A stretch of 64,000 bases of DNA from Alistipes sp. (GTDB lineage Bacteria; Bacteroidota; Bacteroidia; Bacteroidales; Rikenellaceae), in assembly GCA_020026335.1 (NCBI GenBank), contig JAHHQO010000009.1, positions 35,286 to 99,285 on the forward strand, written 5' to 3'. The notes beneath the pieces were generated by a model. It worked only from the letters and a program-made list of their open reading frames with translations. It was not told the DNA's origin and did not search any database. Numbering within the stretch: the stretch's first letter is position 1; each line of letters begins with the position of its first letter. The position numbers were made by a program, and so were the translations under genes. This document shows positions 35,575 to 45,896 of the stretch, in pieces.

Positions 35575-36174
35575 ATGAGTTTTTTTACATTTATTGAAAT
35601 TCTGGGTACCATTGCCTTTGCGATAAGTGGTATTCGTCTTGCATCGGCCAAGCAGTTCGACTGGTTCGGCGCTTATGTCGTCGGTTTCACCACCGCTATC
35701 GGAGGTGGTACGTTGCGCGATTTAATGTTGTCGCTCACGCCCTTCTGGATGTTGGATCCCTCCTATCTGGTGATGACGGCCTTTGCCATGATTCTGGTGA
35801 TGTTTATGGGACGATTGCTCATCCGCCTCAACAACACCTTCTATCTCTTCGATGCCATCGGTCTGGGACTGTTCACCGTGGTGGGCGTAGAGAAGACCCT
35901 GGGTGAGGGGTTCCCTCTGTGGGTGGCCATCATCATGGGTATGATTACGGGTGCTGCCGGAGGTATCCTGCGTGATATTATGATTAACGAGGTGCCGCTG
36001 ATTTTCCGCAAGGAGATTTACGCGCTGGCGTGTGTCATCGGTGGTGTGGCGTTCGGTATCTGCGACTATATCGGAGTATCGACGAGTGCCAATGAAGTCA
36101 TTACTTCGCTGGTAGTCATTGCAGTGAGATATATTGCCGTGAAATACGAGTTGAAACTCCCCGTGCTGAAGTAG
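35575..36174 (+). CDS. trimeric intracellular cation channel (TRIC/UPF0126) family protein
   Basis: The GGG(T/I)LRD motif occurs twice in a 7-TM-like protein. ATG at 35575. Confidence 0.85.
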   Translation: MSFFTFIEILGTIAFAISGIRLASAKQFDWFGAYVVGFTTAIGGGTLRDLMLSLTPFWMLDPSYLVMTAFAMILVMFMGRLLIRLNNTFYLFDAIGLGLFTVVGVEKTLGEGFPLWVAIIMGMITGAAGGILRDIMINEVPLIFRKEIYALACVIGGVAFGICDYIGVSTSANEVITSLVVIAVRYIAVKYELKLPVLK

Positions 36175-36191
36175 AACCTTCAAAGCAAAAT

Positions 36192-36228
36192 AAAAAACCG
36201 TGGTAATTGATGTTACCACGGTTTTTTT
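36192..36228. terminator. bidirectional terminator
   Basis: ACCGTGGTAA / TTACCACGGT stem flanked by A6 and T7 runs. Confidence 0.85.
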
Positions 36229-36247
36229 GTGCCTTGTGTGGCTGGAT

Positions 36248-36892
36248 TTATTTGTTGAGTCCCAGCTTCTTTTTGTAGTAGGAGGTGGCGGTGTAGAGTG
36301 CCGCCGCAGGGTTGTTGCCCGTAACGCGGTCTTTGGTGACCAGCGTGGTGACATAGGCATCGGAGTATTTGTAGAACAGGCTGTCGTGTCCGACACACAG
36401 ACCGATGACCACATTCAAATCCGTGTGGGCGTTGTTCAGCAGACGTGCCTGAAGAATGGGGTTGCACATTGCCGCTCCGATATTCTCGCACTCCTTGGGA
36501 ATGCCGATGGACGACTTGGCCTTGCCTGCCACCTTGCAGATGACCGAGAAAGGCTCGAAGCCGTTGGCACGCAGAATACGCGCAAAGATGCGAGCCTCGT
36601 TAATCAGACCGATGCAGTTGGCGATGCCGATTTTGTGAGCATTGATTTTGCGTGCGAATTTCATAATCTCCTCCACACGTGTCAGCTGGCAATAGCCTTC
36701 ATATTCCACCTCGGCACTCGCCACCATGATTTCGTGGTTGCGCTGCTCATCGTAACGTTCCAAAGCCCATTCCATGTCGGCAGGGTCGAGATGGGTGGTG
36801 GGGCAAAAATCGGGATAGGTGCGTGTCTTGAACTTGCAGTTCTGTGTGCCGCAATCCACACAACTCGGTTGGTATTCTTTTTCGTTTTCCAT
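36248..36892 (-). CDS. DUF1847 domain-containing (Cys-rich, metal-binding) protein
   Basis: CVDCGTQNC N-terminal cluster and ..GLCVGHD.. core, as in DUF1847. The start overlaps the sulfatase stop (TAATG). Confidence 0.75.
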   Translation of the reverse strand: MENEKEYQPSCVDCGTQNCKFKTRTYPDFCPTTHLDPADMEWALERYDEQRNHEIMVASAEVEYEGYCQLTRVEEIMKFARKINAHKIGIANCIGLINEARIFARILRANGFEPFSVICKVAGKAKSSIGIPKECENIGAAMCNPILQARLLNNAHTDLNVVIGLCVGHDSLFYKYSDAYVTTLVTKDRVTGNNPAAALYTATSYYKKKLGLNK

Positions 36893-38361
36893 TATTTCGA
36901 GACCTCCTTTTTCTCGCTGTGGAGCAACGGCCAGTTGGGGTCGAAGGTGTGCTCCTGATTGATGATACGTTCCAGCTCCTTCACCTTCTCGGGGAATTCG
37001 CCGGCCAGATTATGATTTTCCGACGGGTCGGCTGCCAGATTGTACAACTCGGTGATGTGTTGTTCGGCAGGCTGCGATACATTCAGCCTGATGAGCTTCC
37101 AGTCGCCCTGCCGCACGGCCTGTCGTCCGCCACCCTCGTGAAACTCGAAGTAGATGTGCGGATGCTGTTGCTGTTTGCCCTTGCCCGTGAGTGTGGGCAG
37201 TATGCTGATGCCGTCACTGCACTTGTTCTGCGCAGGGCTGTCGGTCAGTGCCGCAAAGGTGGGCATCATGTCCCAGAAGGTAAAGAGGGTATGATTCTCT
37301 CCCGGAGTGATGTGATGCGGCCAGCTGGCGATGAACGGCACTCTGATGCCACCCTCGTAGAGGTCGCGCTTGTAGCCGCGGAAAACACCGTTGCTGTTGA
37401 AGAAATCGGGGTCGGCACCTCCCTCGCAGTGAGGACCGTTGTCGCTGCAAAAGATGATGAGGGTATTGTCATATACGCCCAACTGCTTCAGCTTATCGAC
37501 TACTTCACCCACATACTTGTCCAGTCGCATAACCATCGCTGCAAAAGTGGCGTGGGGCTCTTTCTGCGAGCAGTAGCCGCCCTTGCGGAAATAGGGACCC
37601 GAATCGCAACCGTTGTAGGGCGTTTCGGGATATTTGCCCCTAACGCTCTGTATGATTTCGTCCTCGGGGACAATCAGCTCGGCGTGTGGGAGTACGTAGG
37701 GCAGAAAGAGGAAGAAAGGCTCATCGGCATATTTGTCGAGGAAGTCGAGCCCCTTCTGCTGAATCAAGTCCTGAGTATAGGTGCCGTAAGCTCCGTTGGC
37801 GTTGTCCGTCAAATCCACTCGTGTGTCGTTCTCCCACAGATGGTCGGCGTAGTAGTTGTGGGCAAGGAGCTGGCAGTTGTAGCCGAAAAACTCATCAACT
37901 CCCTGCTTATCCGGTGCGCCCTCCGTACCGGGTGCACCCAATCCCCATTTGCCGAAGCAACCCGTGGTGTAGCCTGCCGCCTTGAAGATACGGAACAGAT
38001 TCTGTGAGCCTTCGGGCAGAGACATCTGACCCTCGGGTTGCACCTCCTTGTTACCTCTGATGGGGGTGTGTCCCGAATGAAAACCTGTCATCAACGAGGT
38101 GCGTGACGGTGCGCTGACCGTAGTGCCCGAATAACAACTTGTGAAGCGGATGCCCGACAGCGCCAGACGGTCGATGTTGGGTGTGGAGAATTTCTCCTGT
38201 CCGTAGCAACTCAAATCGCCATAGCCCAAATCATCGGCAATGATGAATACCACATTGGGATTCTGCTTGTTGGGGCGGTGTTGCTTGGCGGCTGTGGCGG
38301 TTGACGTCCCGCAACATATTCCGGTGGCGAAAACTCCGGTGAGCACCTGTTTTGTAGTCAT
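36892..38361 (-). CDS. arylsulfatase-family sulfatase, Ser-type (SAPSR)
   Basis: Signal peptide. IIADDLGYGD. The formylglycine motif is S-A-P-S-R followed by TSLMTG. Confidence 0.9.
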   Translation of the reverse strand: MTTKQVLTGVFATGICCGTSTATAAKQHRPNKQNPNVVFIIADDLGYGDLSCYGQEKFSTPNIDRLALSGIRFTSCYSGTTVSAPSRTSLMTGFHSGHTPIRGNKEVQPEGQMSLPEGSQNLFRIFKAAGYTTGCFGKWGLGAPGTEGAPDKQGVDEFFGYNCQLLAHNYYADHLWENDTRVDLTDNANGAYGTYTQDLIQQKGLDFLDKYADEPFFLFLPYVLPHAELIVPEDEIIQSVRGKYPETPYNGCDSGPYFRKGGYCSQKEPHATFAAMVMRLDKYVGEVVDKLKQLGVYDNTLIIFCSDNGPHCEGGADPDFFNSNGVFRGYKRDLYEGGIRVPFIASWPHHITPGENHTLFTFWDMMPTFAALTDSPAQNKCSDGISILPTLTGKGKQQQHPHIYFEFHEGGGRQAVRQGDWKLIRLNVSQPAEQHITELYNLAADPSENHNLAGEFPEKVKELERIINQEHTFDPNWPLLHSEKKEVSK

Positions 38362-38516
38362 GATGAAATCTGTTTGGATTTATTCGTGGTAAAATTACAC
38401 ATAAAAATCCTTACGGCCAATTTTTGAGAATTATTTTACAATCTGATGCGCCACGGGGAAATAAGAAAGGGACACCCTGTCGGATGCCCCTTCCCTTTGG
38501 AAATTGTGATACGGGT

Positions 38517-41417
38517 TTAGTAACCGAAAATCTCCTCCTGTGAGAGGGTCTTGATTTGTCCCAGTGTCTTCAGATAATTGAGGTCGATGTCCTGAATGTC
38601 GCCCAAAATACCGTAGTTGTAGGTCAAATCCTTTGCCCATTTCTGCTGTGTGGCTTTCACATCCTCCAGCGTCATGTTCTGCACCTTCTCGAAGAGCTGG
38701 CGGTCGCGGTCCTCGCTGAGCCCCATACGCTGCAAACCGTAGTACTCCATCAGCACGTTGAGCTTCACGGTGCGTGCGGTTCTCAGTCTCGAAATCAGAC
38801 CCTCCTTGGCAATCTTGAAGGCGGTCTCCGATGCGGGCATATTGTTGATAATCTCGTCGAAGGCCTCGATGGCATTCTTCATCTTGTCGTTCTGTGTGGC
38901 GATGAAGGCCATGTAAGCGTAGTGATTGTCCTTGGTGGCGGGCTGCACGATGTTAGCCAGGGCAGAATATGCCAGACCGCGCGACTCTCTCAACTCCTGG
39001 AAGACGATAGAGTTCATACCGTTGCCGAAGTATTCGTTGTAGAGAATAATCTCGGGGTCGTTCTTCACATCAAAGAGCTTCGAAGTGGTGTGGCTCTGAA
39101 TGTAGTAGAGCTGCTTGGAGGTGTACTGCGAGAGGTAAACAACGCTCTTGTCGCTCTGTGCCACCTCGGGAGCGTACTCCTTGGTCAGCGGTTCGGGCTG
39201 CTCGGCCATGTAGTGGTGTTCGGTGAGTGCCTGCTTCAGCTCCTCCTCCGACATGGGGCCGTAGTAGATAATGGTGTGCGCCTTATCCTTCAAATCGCGA
39301 ATGGCACCCAACAGCTCGTCGGAGGTCTTCGCCATCAGCTCCTTGTCCGAAGGTGTGGTGCGTTTAATCCACTCCTCGCCGTGAGCCATGTAGTTTCTCA
39401 GAGCGGCGAAGCATCCGGCCTGACGCAGTTTGTTGTCACTACGGAACTTCAGCATGTCCTGCTTGAGGTTCTTGAGAATCTCATCGTTGCCCTGTGCATT
39501 GAACAGACGCTCCTCGGTGATGTCCATCGCCTGTGTCATGTTCTCGCTCAGACCCGAAATCTTGACATTGCACGAAGTGTCGAAGGTCTCGAAGCCCGAC
39601 GAGCAGGCCAAACCATACATCTTGCCGGCAATCTCACCTGCCGACATCTTCTCTGTACCGAGATATTCGATGTAGCTGTCCGACATGTAGAGGTTGTGGT
39701 TCTGTGCCACACCCTTGTTGTAGATATATACCAAATCGAAGAGGTCGGTAGTCTCGTTCTTCTTGTAGAGTACCTCCACACCGTCCTTCAACTCAAATTT
39801 CGACATATCCTTCTCGAAATCCACGAACATCGGCTCGATGGGCTTCACCTCTGTCGATTTAATCTCCTTGAGGAAGTCGCTCTCGGCATCGCGGTTCATC
39901 ATGATGGGGGTAATCTTGGGAGCGGCAATCTTCTGCTCGTTGGGGTCTACACCCGTGTGCTTCTTGATGATGGCGTAGGCTTCGGGCTTGAGGTATTCGT
40001 TGGCCCATGCCACGATGTCCTCCTTGGTAATCTTCGAGATGCGGTCGATGGTGTGAACGGCATCAGCGAGCTCGCCACCCGAGATGAAGTTCTCCACGTA
40101 GAAGTCGGTTCTCTCCTCGTAGTTGTCCATCATCTTAATCATCTGGGTCTTGTAGTTGTTGATGGTCGCCTGAATCAGCTCCTCGTCAAACTCACCCTTT
40201 CTCAATTTCTCGACCTCTGTGAGCAACAGATTGCTCAACTCGTCCATCGACTGACCCTTCAGCGGCTGGCCGGCAACGACAAAACGGCCGTAGTCGGGCT
40301 GTGTCATCTGGAAGGCGAAGGCGAAGGCTGCCTTCTGCTCCTGATTGAGGTTGAGGTCAATCATACCTGCATTGCCGTTGTAGAGAATGCTGGCTGCAAT
40401 CTGAGCCACATCGTTCGACGGGTCGATGCTCTTGGGCAGTCGCCATGCCAGATATACGCTCTCGGCCTCGGGACCATAGACGTCCTTCACGATGGGCGAG
40501 GTGATGGGCTGCTCGGGTTCGAACTGCAACTTGGGCAGATTGTTGTTGGGCACCATGTCACCGAAATACTTCTCTATGGCTGCAATCATCTCCTGCGGGT
40601 CGAAATCACCCGACACGCAGATGGCGATGTTGTTGGGCACATAGTAGGTCTTGTAGTAATTCTTGATGTTGGTAATCGAGGGGTTCTTCAACTGCTCCTG
40701 TGTACCCAACACTGTCTGTGTGCCATAGGGGTGGTGGGGGAAGAGGGCCTCGTCGATGGAGGTGAGAATCTTGCGCGAGTCCTGTGTCAGCGACATGTTC
40801 TTCTCCTCGTAGACAGCCTCCAGCTCGGTGTGGAATCCGCGGATGACGGGGTCACGGAAACGGTCGGCCTGAATCTTGGCCCAGTTGTCAATCTGATTCG
40901 AAGGGATATCCTCCACAAACACGGTCATATCCTGCGAGGTGTAGGCGTTGGTTCCGGTGGCACCAATCAGCGCCATGAGCTTGTCATACTCGTTGGGAAT
41001 GGCATATTTCGAAGCCTCGTAGCTTACCGAGTCGATGACGTGATAGAGGGCTTCGCGCTCCTTCTCGTCGGTGGTCTTTCGATAGACCTCGAACAGACGC
41101 TCGATTTCGTCCAGCAGGGGTTTCTCGGCTTCGTAGTTCGATGTGCCGAACTTGCTGGTTCCCTTGAACATCAGATGCTCGAAGTAGTGGGCCAGACCGG
41201 TGGTCTCTTTGGGATCATTCTTGCCGCCCACCTTCACGGCAATGGCCGTCTGGATACGGGGTTGCTCCTTCATGACACTCATGTAGACCTTCATACCGTT
41301 GTTGAGGGTGTAAATCTGGGTCTTGAGGGGGTCATTGGGGATAGTTTCCGTCTTGTAGCCTGTACAAGCGGAGAGCATCAGAGAGAGTGATGCTGCAAAA
41401 AACAGGAGTTTTTTCAT
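38517..41417 (-). CDS. M16-family (insulinase/pitrilysin-like) zinc peptidase lipoprotein, 966 aa
   Basis: LSAC lipobox. Inverted zinc motif HYFEHLMFKGT (HxxEH). Confidence 0.9.
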   Translation of the reverse strand: MKKLLFFAASLSLMLSACTGYKTETIPNDPLKTQIYTLNNGMKVYMSVMKEQPRIQTAIAVKVGGKNDPKETTGLAHYFEHLMFKGTSKFGTSNYEAEKPLLDEIERLFEVYRKTTDEKEREALYHVIDSVSYEASKYAIPNEYDKLMALIGATGTNAYTSQDMTVFVEDIPSNQIDNWAKIQADRFRDPVIRGFHTELEAVYEEKNMSLTQDSRKILTSIDEALFPHHPYGTQTVLGTQEQLKNPSITNIKNYYKTYYVPNNIAICVSGDFDPQEMIAAIEKYFGDMVPNNNLPKLQFEPEQPITSPIVKDVYGPEAESVYLAWRLPKSIDPSNDVAQIAASILYNGNAGMIDLNLNQEQKAAFAFAFQMTQPDYGRFVVAGQPLKGQSMDELSNLLLTEVEKLRKGEFDEELIQATINNYKTQMIKMMDNYEERTDFYVENFISGGELADAVHTIDRISKITKEDIVAWANEYLKPEAYAIIKKHTGVDPNEQKIAAPKITPIMMNRDAESDFLKEIKSTEVKPIEPMFVDFEKDMSKFELKDGVEVLYKKNETTDLFDLVYIYNKGVAQNHNLYMSDSYIEYLGTEKMSAGEIAGKMYGLACSSGFETFDTSCNVKISGLSENMTQAMDITEERLFNAQGNDEILKNLKQDMLKFRSDNKLRQAGCFAALRNYMAHGEEWIKRTTPSDKELMAKTSDELLGAIRDLKDKAHTIIYYGPMSEEELKQALTEHHYMAEQPEPLTKEYAPEVAQSDKSVVYLSQYTSKQLYYIQSHTTSKLFDVKNDPEIILYNEYFGNGMNSIVFQELRESRGLAYSALANIVQPATKDNHYAYMAFIATQNDKMKNAIEAFDEIINNMPASETAFKIAKEGLISRLRTARTVKLNVLMEYYGLQRMGLSEDRDRQLFEKVQNMTLEDVKATQQKWAKDLTYNYGILGDIQDIDLNYLKTLGQIKTLSQEEIFGY

Positions 41418-41613
41418 ATTTCCTGGGTTTAATAGGTTTTCAAGAGGTAAATATAAGAATTATTATGCAATATCGTCCTTTTGTGTGGGAGAATATGCCG
41501 TGGAAGGGTACTTCATCGGTTTTTTATGAGTATATTTGTTCTCGATAAAAAGGTGTGGGGCGAGAGGTGACGACTCATTTCATGCCTCCCTTTTTTTAGA
41601 ACTGTCTAGTATC

Positions 41614-42276
41614 ATGGAGGTTAAAATAGAACAAAGCTGGAAGTCGCGACTTTGTGAGGAGTTCGACAAACCCTATTTCCGCGACTTGGTCACGTTTGTC
41701 AAGAACGAATATCGCACCCATCAGGTTTTGCCCCATGGCCGTCAGATATTCTATCTTTTCGATGCGTGCCCTTTTGATAAGGTGAAGGTGGTTATCTTGG
41801 GACAGGACCCCTATCCCACGCCGGGACAATACTATGGGGTCTGCTTTTCGGTGGCGGAGGGTATGGCCGTTCCGGCATCGCTGCGCAATATCTTTCGGGA
41901 GATACACGACGATATGGGAACGCCTGTCCCCACATCGGGAAATCTCGACAGATGGGTACGACAGGGTGTGTTTCCGATGAACTCGGTACTGACGGTACGC
42001 GCCTATGAGTCGGGCTCTCACCGTCACCACGGCTGGGAAACCTTCACCGATGCCGTGATTAAGAAACTCAGTGACGAGCGCGAACATCTGGTTTTCATGC
42101 TGTGGGGCAGCTACGCCAAAGAGAAGTTGCCGCTCATCGATGCCCGGCGTCATCTGGTGCTGACAGCCGCGCACCCCTCGCCCAAATCTGCCGACCGCGG
42201 CTTCTTCGGCTGCCGTCATTTCAGTCGGGCGAATGCCTACCTCATGGAGCATGGAATTGCGCCCGTAGAGTGGTAG
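41614..42276 (+). CDS. ung: uracil-DNA glycosylase
   Basis: GQDPYP and HPSPKSA motifs. ATG at 41614. Confidence 0.93.
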   Translation: MEVKIEQSWKSRLCEEFDKPYFRDLVTFVKNEYRTHQVLPHGRQIFYLFDACPFDKVKVVILGQDPYPTPGQYYGVCFSVAEGMAVPASLRNIFREIHDDMGTPVPTSGNLDRWVRQGVFPMNSVLTVRAYESGSHRHHGWETFTDAVIKKLSDEREHLVFMLWGSYAKEKLPLIDARRHLVLTAAHPSPKSADRGFFGCRHFSRANAYLMEHGIAPVEW

Positions 42277-42311
42277 AACAATGATAAAACGATAAACTAA
42301 AATTCCATATC

Positions 42312-43118
42312 ATGAAAAAATTTCTTTACCCCGTATTATGTCTGACGCTGTTGAGTGCAGTTTCGTGCGGAACAAAAAACAACAGCGACGAGTGGCAGGT
42401 GGTCTGGGAGGACGACTTCAATCAGACGGAGCATTTCGATGAGTCGAAGTGGAGCAAAATCTCGCGCGGAACACCCGATTGGCGCGACTGTATGTCGTTC
42501 AACGACAACTGCTTTGCCATGCGTGACGGCAATTTGGTGTTGCGTGGAATAGTCAATGATGTAGACCCTGCCGACACCTCAAAGTACCTCACCGGAGGCG
42601 TCTATACCAAGGGCAAGGTGGCTTTCAGCAACGGCCGTATCGACATTCGTGCGCGTTTCTCATCGGCAAAGGGTGCATGGCCTGCACTGTGGATGAAACC
42701 CGTGAAACCCGATAGTATCAAGTGGCCGATGGCGGGCGAAATTGACATCATGGAGCACCTCAACTACGACACGATTGCCTATCAGACCGTCCACTCCAAC
42801 TACACCCACCACCTCGGCATCAAAGAGCCGGTGAATGGTGCAACGGGTGCGATTTGCCGTGACGACTATAATATTTACAGTGTGGAGATGTACCGCGACA
42901 GTCTGGTATTCTTCATCAACAATCAGAAGACCTTCTTCTATCCCCGTATCGAGACCGACAAGGAGGGACAGTTCCCCTTTGCCGACCGTCCGTTCTACCT
43001 CCTGCTGGATATGCAGCTGGGAGGTGCGTGGGTAGGCGAGGTGAATCCCGAGGATTTGCCTGCCGAGATGGAGATTGACTGGGTACGTTTCTCACAAAAG
43101 AAAAAAGATATACGATAA
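42312..43118 (+). CDS. glycoside hydrolase family 16 lipoprotein (beta-glucanase-like)
   Basis: VSC lipobox. Catalytic GEIDIME (ExDxxE). Confidence 0.85.
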   Translation: MKKFLYPVLCLTLLSAVSCGTKNNSDEWQVVWEDDFNQTEHFDESKWSKISRGTPDWRDCMSFNDNCFAMRDGNLVLRGIVNDVDPADTSKYLTGGVYTKGKVAFSNGRIDIRARFSSAKGAWPALWMKPVKPDSIKWPMAGEIDIMEHLNYDTIAYQTVHSNYTHHLGIKEPVNGATGAICRDDYNIYSVEMYRDSLVFFINNQKTFFYPRIETDKEGQFPFADRPFYLLLDMQLGGAWVGEVNPEDLPAEMEIDWVRFSQKKKDIR

Positions 43119-43627
43119 TGATGAAAGAGGAGATGATGTCCGGCAGCTGTGAGACAGCCTATTTCGCCGGAGGATGTTTTTGGGGCGTGGAGCATATGCT
43201 CTCCAAACAGGAGGGGGTGATGGACGTGGTGTCCGGCTTCATGGGCGGTTATGTAGATGCCCCCACCTACGAGGAGGTCTATCGCGACAATACAGGTCAT
43301 GCCGAGACCGTGCGCGTGGTGTTCGACAGCGACAAGGTGTCGTATGAGACACTGGTCAAGTTGTTCTTCGAGATTCACGATCCCACGCAGAAGGACGGTC
43401 AGGGACCCGACATCGGCACACGCTACCGCTCGGAGATTTTCTATGTCAGCGAGGAGCAGCGCACAACGGCCGAGAAGGTCATTGCCCTGCTGCGCGAGAA
43501 GGGTTACGATGTGGTTACACGTGTGACACCTGCCTCCCATTTCTGGCCGGCAGAGGAGTACCATCAGGACTACTACGACCGCAAGGGAACAACTCCCTAT
43601 TGCCATGTCCGTGTAAAGCGATTCTAA
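43118..43627 (+). CDS. msrA: peptide-methionine (S)-S-oxide reductase
   Basis: FAGGCFWGVE motif. The start overlaps the GH16 stop by 1 nt. Confidence 0.93.
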   Translation: MMKEEMMSGSCETAYFAGGCFWGVEHMLSKQEGVMDVVSGFMGGYVDAPTYEEVYRDNTGHAETVRVVFDSDKVSYETLVKLFFEIHDPTQKDGQGPDIGTRYRSEIFYVSEEQRTTAEKVIALLREKGYDVVTRVTPASHFWPAEEYHQDYYDRKGTTPYCHVRVKRF

Positions 43628-43687
43628 TTAATTTTTTGAGGGAGACCGTGCCGTGTGGCGGGGACTCCCTTTTTATTTTACAGACAT

Positions 43688-45763
43688 ATGAAAAAGTTTG
43701 TCTTACTGTTGGTATTTCTTGTGGGCGTCATCGGCGGATGTCAAGCCCGAAAGATAAAGGTGGCGTGTGTGGGCAATAGCGTGACCTACGGCTATCTGAT
43801 AGAAAACAGAAGCCGTGATGCCTATCCGTCGCAGTTACAGCGGATGCTGGGCGAGGAGTATGAGGTGGTCAATTTCGGACACAGCGGAGCAACTCTGCTG
43901 CGCCACGGTCACCGTCCCTACAACACCCTGCCCGAATATGACGCGGCACTGAAATATGCCGCCGATGTGGTGGTTATCCATTTGGGATTGAACGATACCG
44001 ACCCTCGCGATTGGCCGAACTACCGCGATGAGTTCCTGGGGGACTACCTGTCGCTGATTGGCGATTTCAGAGCGGCAAATCCCCAAAGTCGGATATTCAT
44101 CTGCCGTCTGACCCCGATTTTCCATGCACATCCGCGCTTCAAGTCGGGCACAAGGGATTGGTTTTGGATGATTCAGGCAGAGATAGAGAAGGTGGCTGAT
44201 GTGGCCAATGTGGAACTTATTGACTTGCATACGCCCCTCTATTCGCGTCCCGACCTTTTCCCCGATGCCCTGCATCCCAATGCGGAGGGCGCAGGAATAT
44301 TGGCAAAAACCGTATGTCAGAGCCTGACGGGAGATTTCGGCGGTCTGCAACTCTCGCCGATGTATTCCGATAACATGGTGTTGCAGCGCGAGCGCGAACT
44401 CCTCATTTCGGGGCAGGCAGACAGAGGTGAGGAGGTGACGGTGACTTTTGCCCGTGAGAAGCACCAGACGGTGGCGGACGATTACGGCAGGTGGTCGGTG
44501 ACGCTCGCTCCGATGAAAGCCGATGGAAAGTCCCATACCTTGAAGATTGCGACTCGCAGACGGGCATTGACCTTCCGCAATGTTGCGGTGGGTGAGGTGT
44601 GGCTCTGTTCGGGTCAGTCGAATATGGCTTTCCGTGTGAATGAGAGCGTGGAGAGCGAGCAGGTCGCCGAACGTGACTATGCTGCCCGTTCGCCGCAGAT
44701 TCGTCTTTACAACATGAAGCCATGTCGGGCGACCAATAACGAGAAGTGGAGTCGTGAGGTGCTGGACTCGGTCAATGCCCTGCACTATTTCAGACCTTCT
44801 CGCTGGGAGACGGTCAATCCCGAAAATGCAGCCGAATTTTCAGCCATCGCCTTTGCCTTTGGTCGTACCCTTGCCGACTCTCTGAAAGTCCCTGTGGGAC
44901 TTGTTCTCAATGCCGTGGGTGGCTCTTGCACCGAGTCGTGGATAGACCGCAAGACCATGGAGTTCGAGTTCTCCGACCTGCTGATGAACTGGTCGGCGAA
45001 TGATTTTGTGCAGGAGTGGGCGAGAGGTCGTGCCGACTTGAATACGGCGTTGCGCAGTAACGCCCTCCAGCGACACCCTTATCACACCTGTTACCTCTAT
45101 GAGGCGGGTATCTTGCCCGTGAAAGATTATACTTTCAGCGGTGTAATCTGGTATCAGGGCGAGTCCAATGCCCACAACATCGAGACCCACGAAAAACTCT
45201 TCCCTCTGTTGGTCAAGAGCTGGCGAAAGACCTTCGGTGAGCAGTTGCCGTTCTACTATGTCCAGCTGTCGAGTTTGAATCGTCCCTCGTGGTGCTGGTT
45301 CAGAGACAGCCAGCGCCGTATGATGGGGGAGATTCCCCATTGCGGTATGGCGGTCTCCAGCGATTTGGGCAACCGAGACAATGTCCACCCCACGCAAAAG
45401 ATGGCGGTGGGTGAGCGTCTTGCCCGTTGGGCATTGGTGCGCGACTTCGGTTGGGGATGTCTGCCCTCCGGCCCTCTCTGTCGCATGGCAGAAAGAACAG
45501 GTAAATATGCCTTTGTGTCGTTTGATTGTGGCGAGCAGATGCGCAGTGCCGATGGTGAGGCCTTGCGCACATTCGAGGTGGCAGGCAAGGAGGGTATCTT
45601 CTATCCTGCCCGTGCCGAGGTCGATGGCAATCGTGTGAAGGTTTGGGCGGATGAGGTCGATACTCCCTGTCGGGTAAGATACGGCTGGCAACCCTACACG
45701 ACCGCCAATCTCATCAATCGTGACGGTCTGCCGGCATCAACTTTCCAATGTGAGGTCGAGTAA
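43688..45763 (+). CDS. GDSL/SGNH esterase fused to sialate O-acetylesterase-like domain
   Basis: Signal peptide after ATG 43688. ACVGNSVTYG (GDS-like block I). CSGQSNM in the C-terminal half. Confidence 0.8.
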   Translation: MKKFVLLLVFLVGVIGGCQARKIKVACVGNSVTYGYLIENRSRDAYPSQLQRMLGEEYEVVNFGHSGATLLRHGHRPYNTLPEYDAALKYAADVVVIHLGLNDTDPRDWPNYRDEFLGDYLSLIGDFRAANPQSRIFICRLTPIFHAHPRFKSGTRDWFWMIQAEIEKVADVANVELIDLHTPLYSRPDLFPDALHPNAEGAGILAKTVCQSLTGDFGGLQLSPMYSDNMVLQRERELLISGQADRGEEVTVTFAREKHQTVADDYGRWSVTLAPMKADGKSHTLKIATRRRALTFRNVAVGEVWLCSGQSNMAFRVNESVESEQVAERDYAARSPQIRLYNMKPCRATNNEKWSREVLDSVNALHYFRPSRWETVNPENAAEFSAIAFAFGRTLADSLKVPVGLVLNAVGGSCTESWIDRKTMEFEFSDLLMNWSANDFVQEWARGRADLNTALRSNALQRHPYHTCYLYEAGILPVKDYTFSGVIWYQGESNAHNIETHEKLFPLLVKSWRKTFGEQLPFYYVQLSSLNRPSWCWFRDSQRRMMGEIPHCGMAVSSDLGNRDNVHPTQKMAVGERLARWALVRDFGWGCLPSGPLCRMAERTGKYAFVSFDCGEQMRSADGEALRTFEVAGKEGIFYPARAEVDGNRVKVWADEVDTPCRVRYGWQPYTTANLINRDGLPASTFQCEVE

Positions 45764-45784
45764 CGGCGAACTTATCTAACTAGA

Positions 45785-45828
45785 AATAGCGGCGCGAATA
45801 CTAATCATTCGCGCCGCTATTATTTTGT
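45785..45828 (+). terminator. rho-independent terminator of the esterase gene
   Basis: AATAGCGGCGCGAAT / ATTCGCGCCGCTATT perfect 15-bp stem, then ATTTTG. Confidence 0.85.
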
Positions 45829-45838
45829 CGGCAGGGTA

Positions 45839-45874
45839 CAAAAAAGCTCCGCTTCCTTTTCGGGAAGCGGAGCT
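45839..45874 (-). terminator. rho-independent terminator of the TBDT-lipoprotein operon
   Basis: AGCTCCGCTTCC / GGAAGCGGAGCT 12-bp stem. The plus-strand A-run gives a T-run on the minus strand. Confidence 0.85.
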
Positions 45875-45896
45875 GAAAGTGTTTACCTGTGAGGTA

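Noticed and set aside
38556-41390. A 944-aa ORF on the plus strand, plus many other long antisense ORFs (e.g. 5711-6865, 16413-17492, 20226-21251, 25917-27254, 27761-29017, 47007-48563, 48581-49636, 56521-57549, 61863-62918).
   Set aside because: Each lies antisense to a gene with clear family motifs (M16 HxxEH, nusB, argS HIGH, etfA, PFK, rSAM CxxxCxxC, TBDT, uvrA and others). Their translations are low-complexity (L/V/G/H/R-rich) with no motifs. Long stop-free antisense frames are expected in GC3-rich coding DNA.
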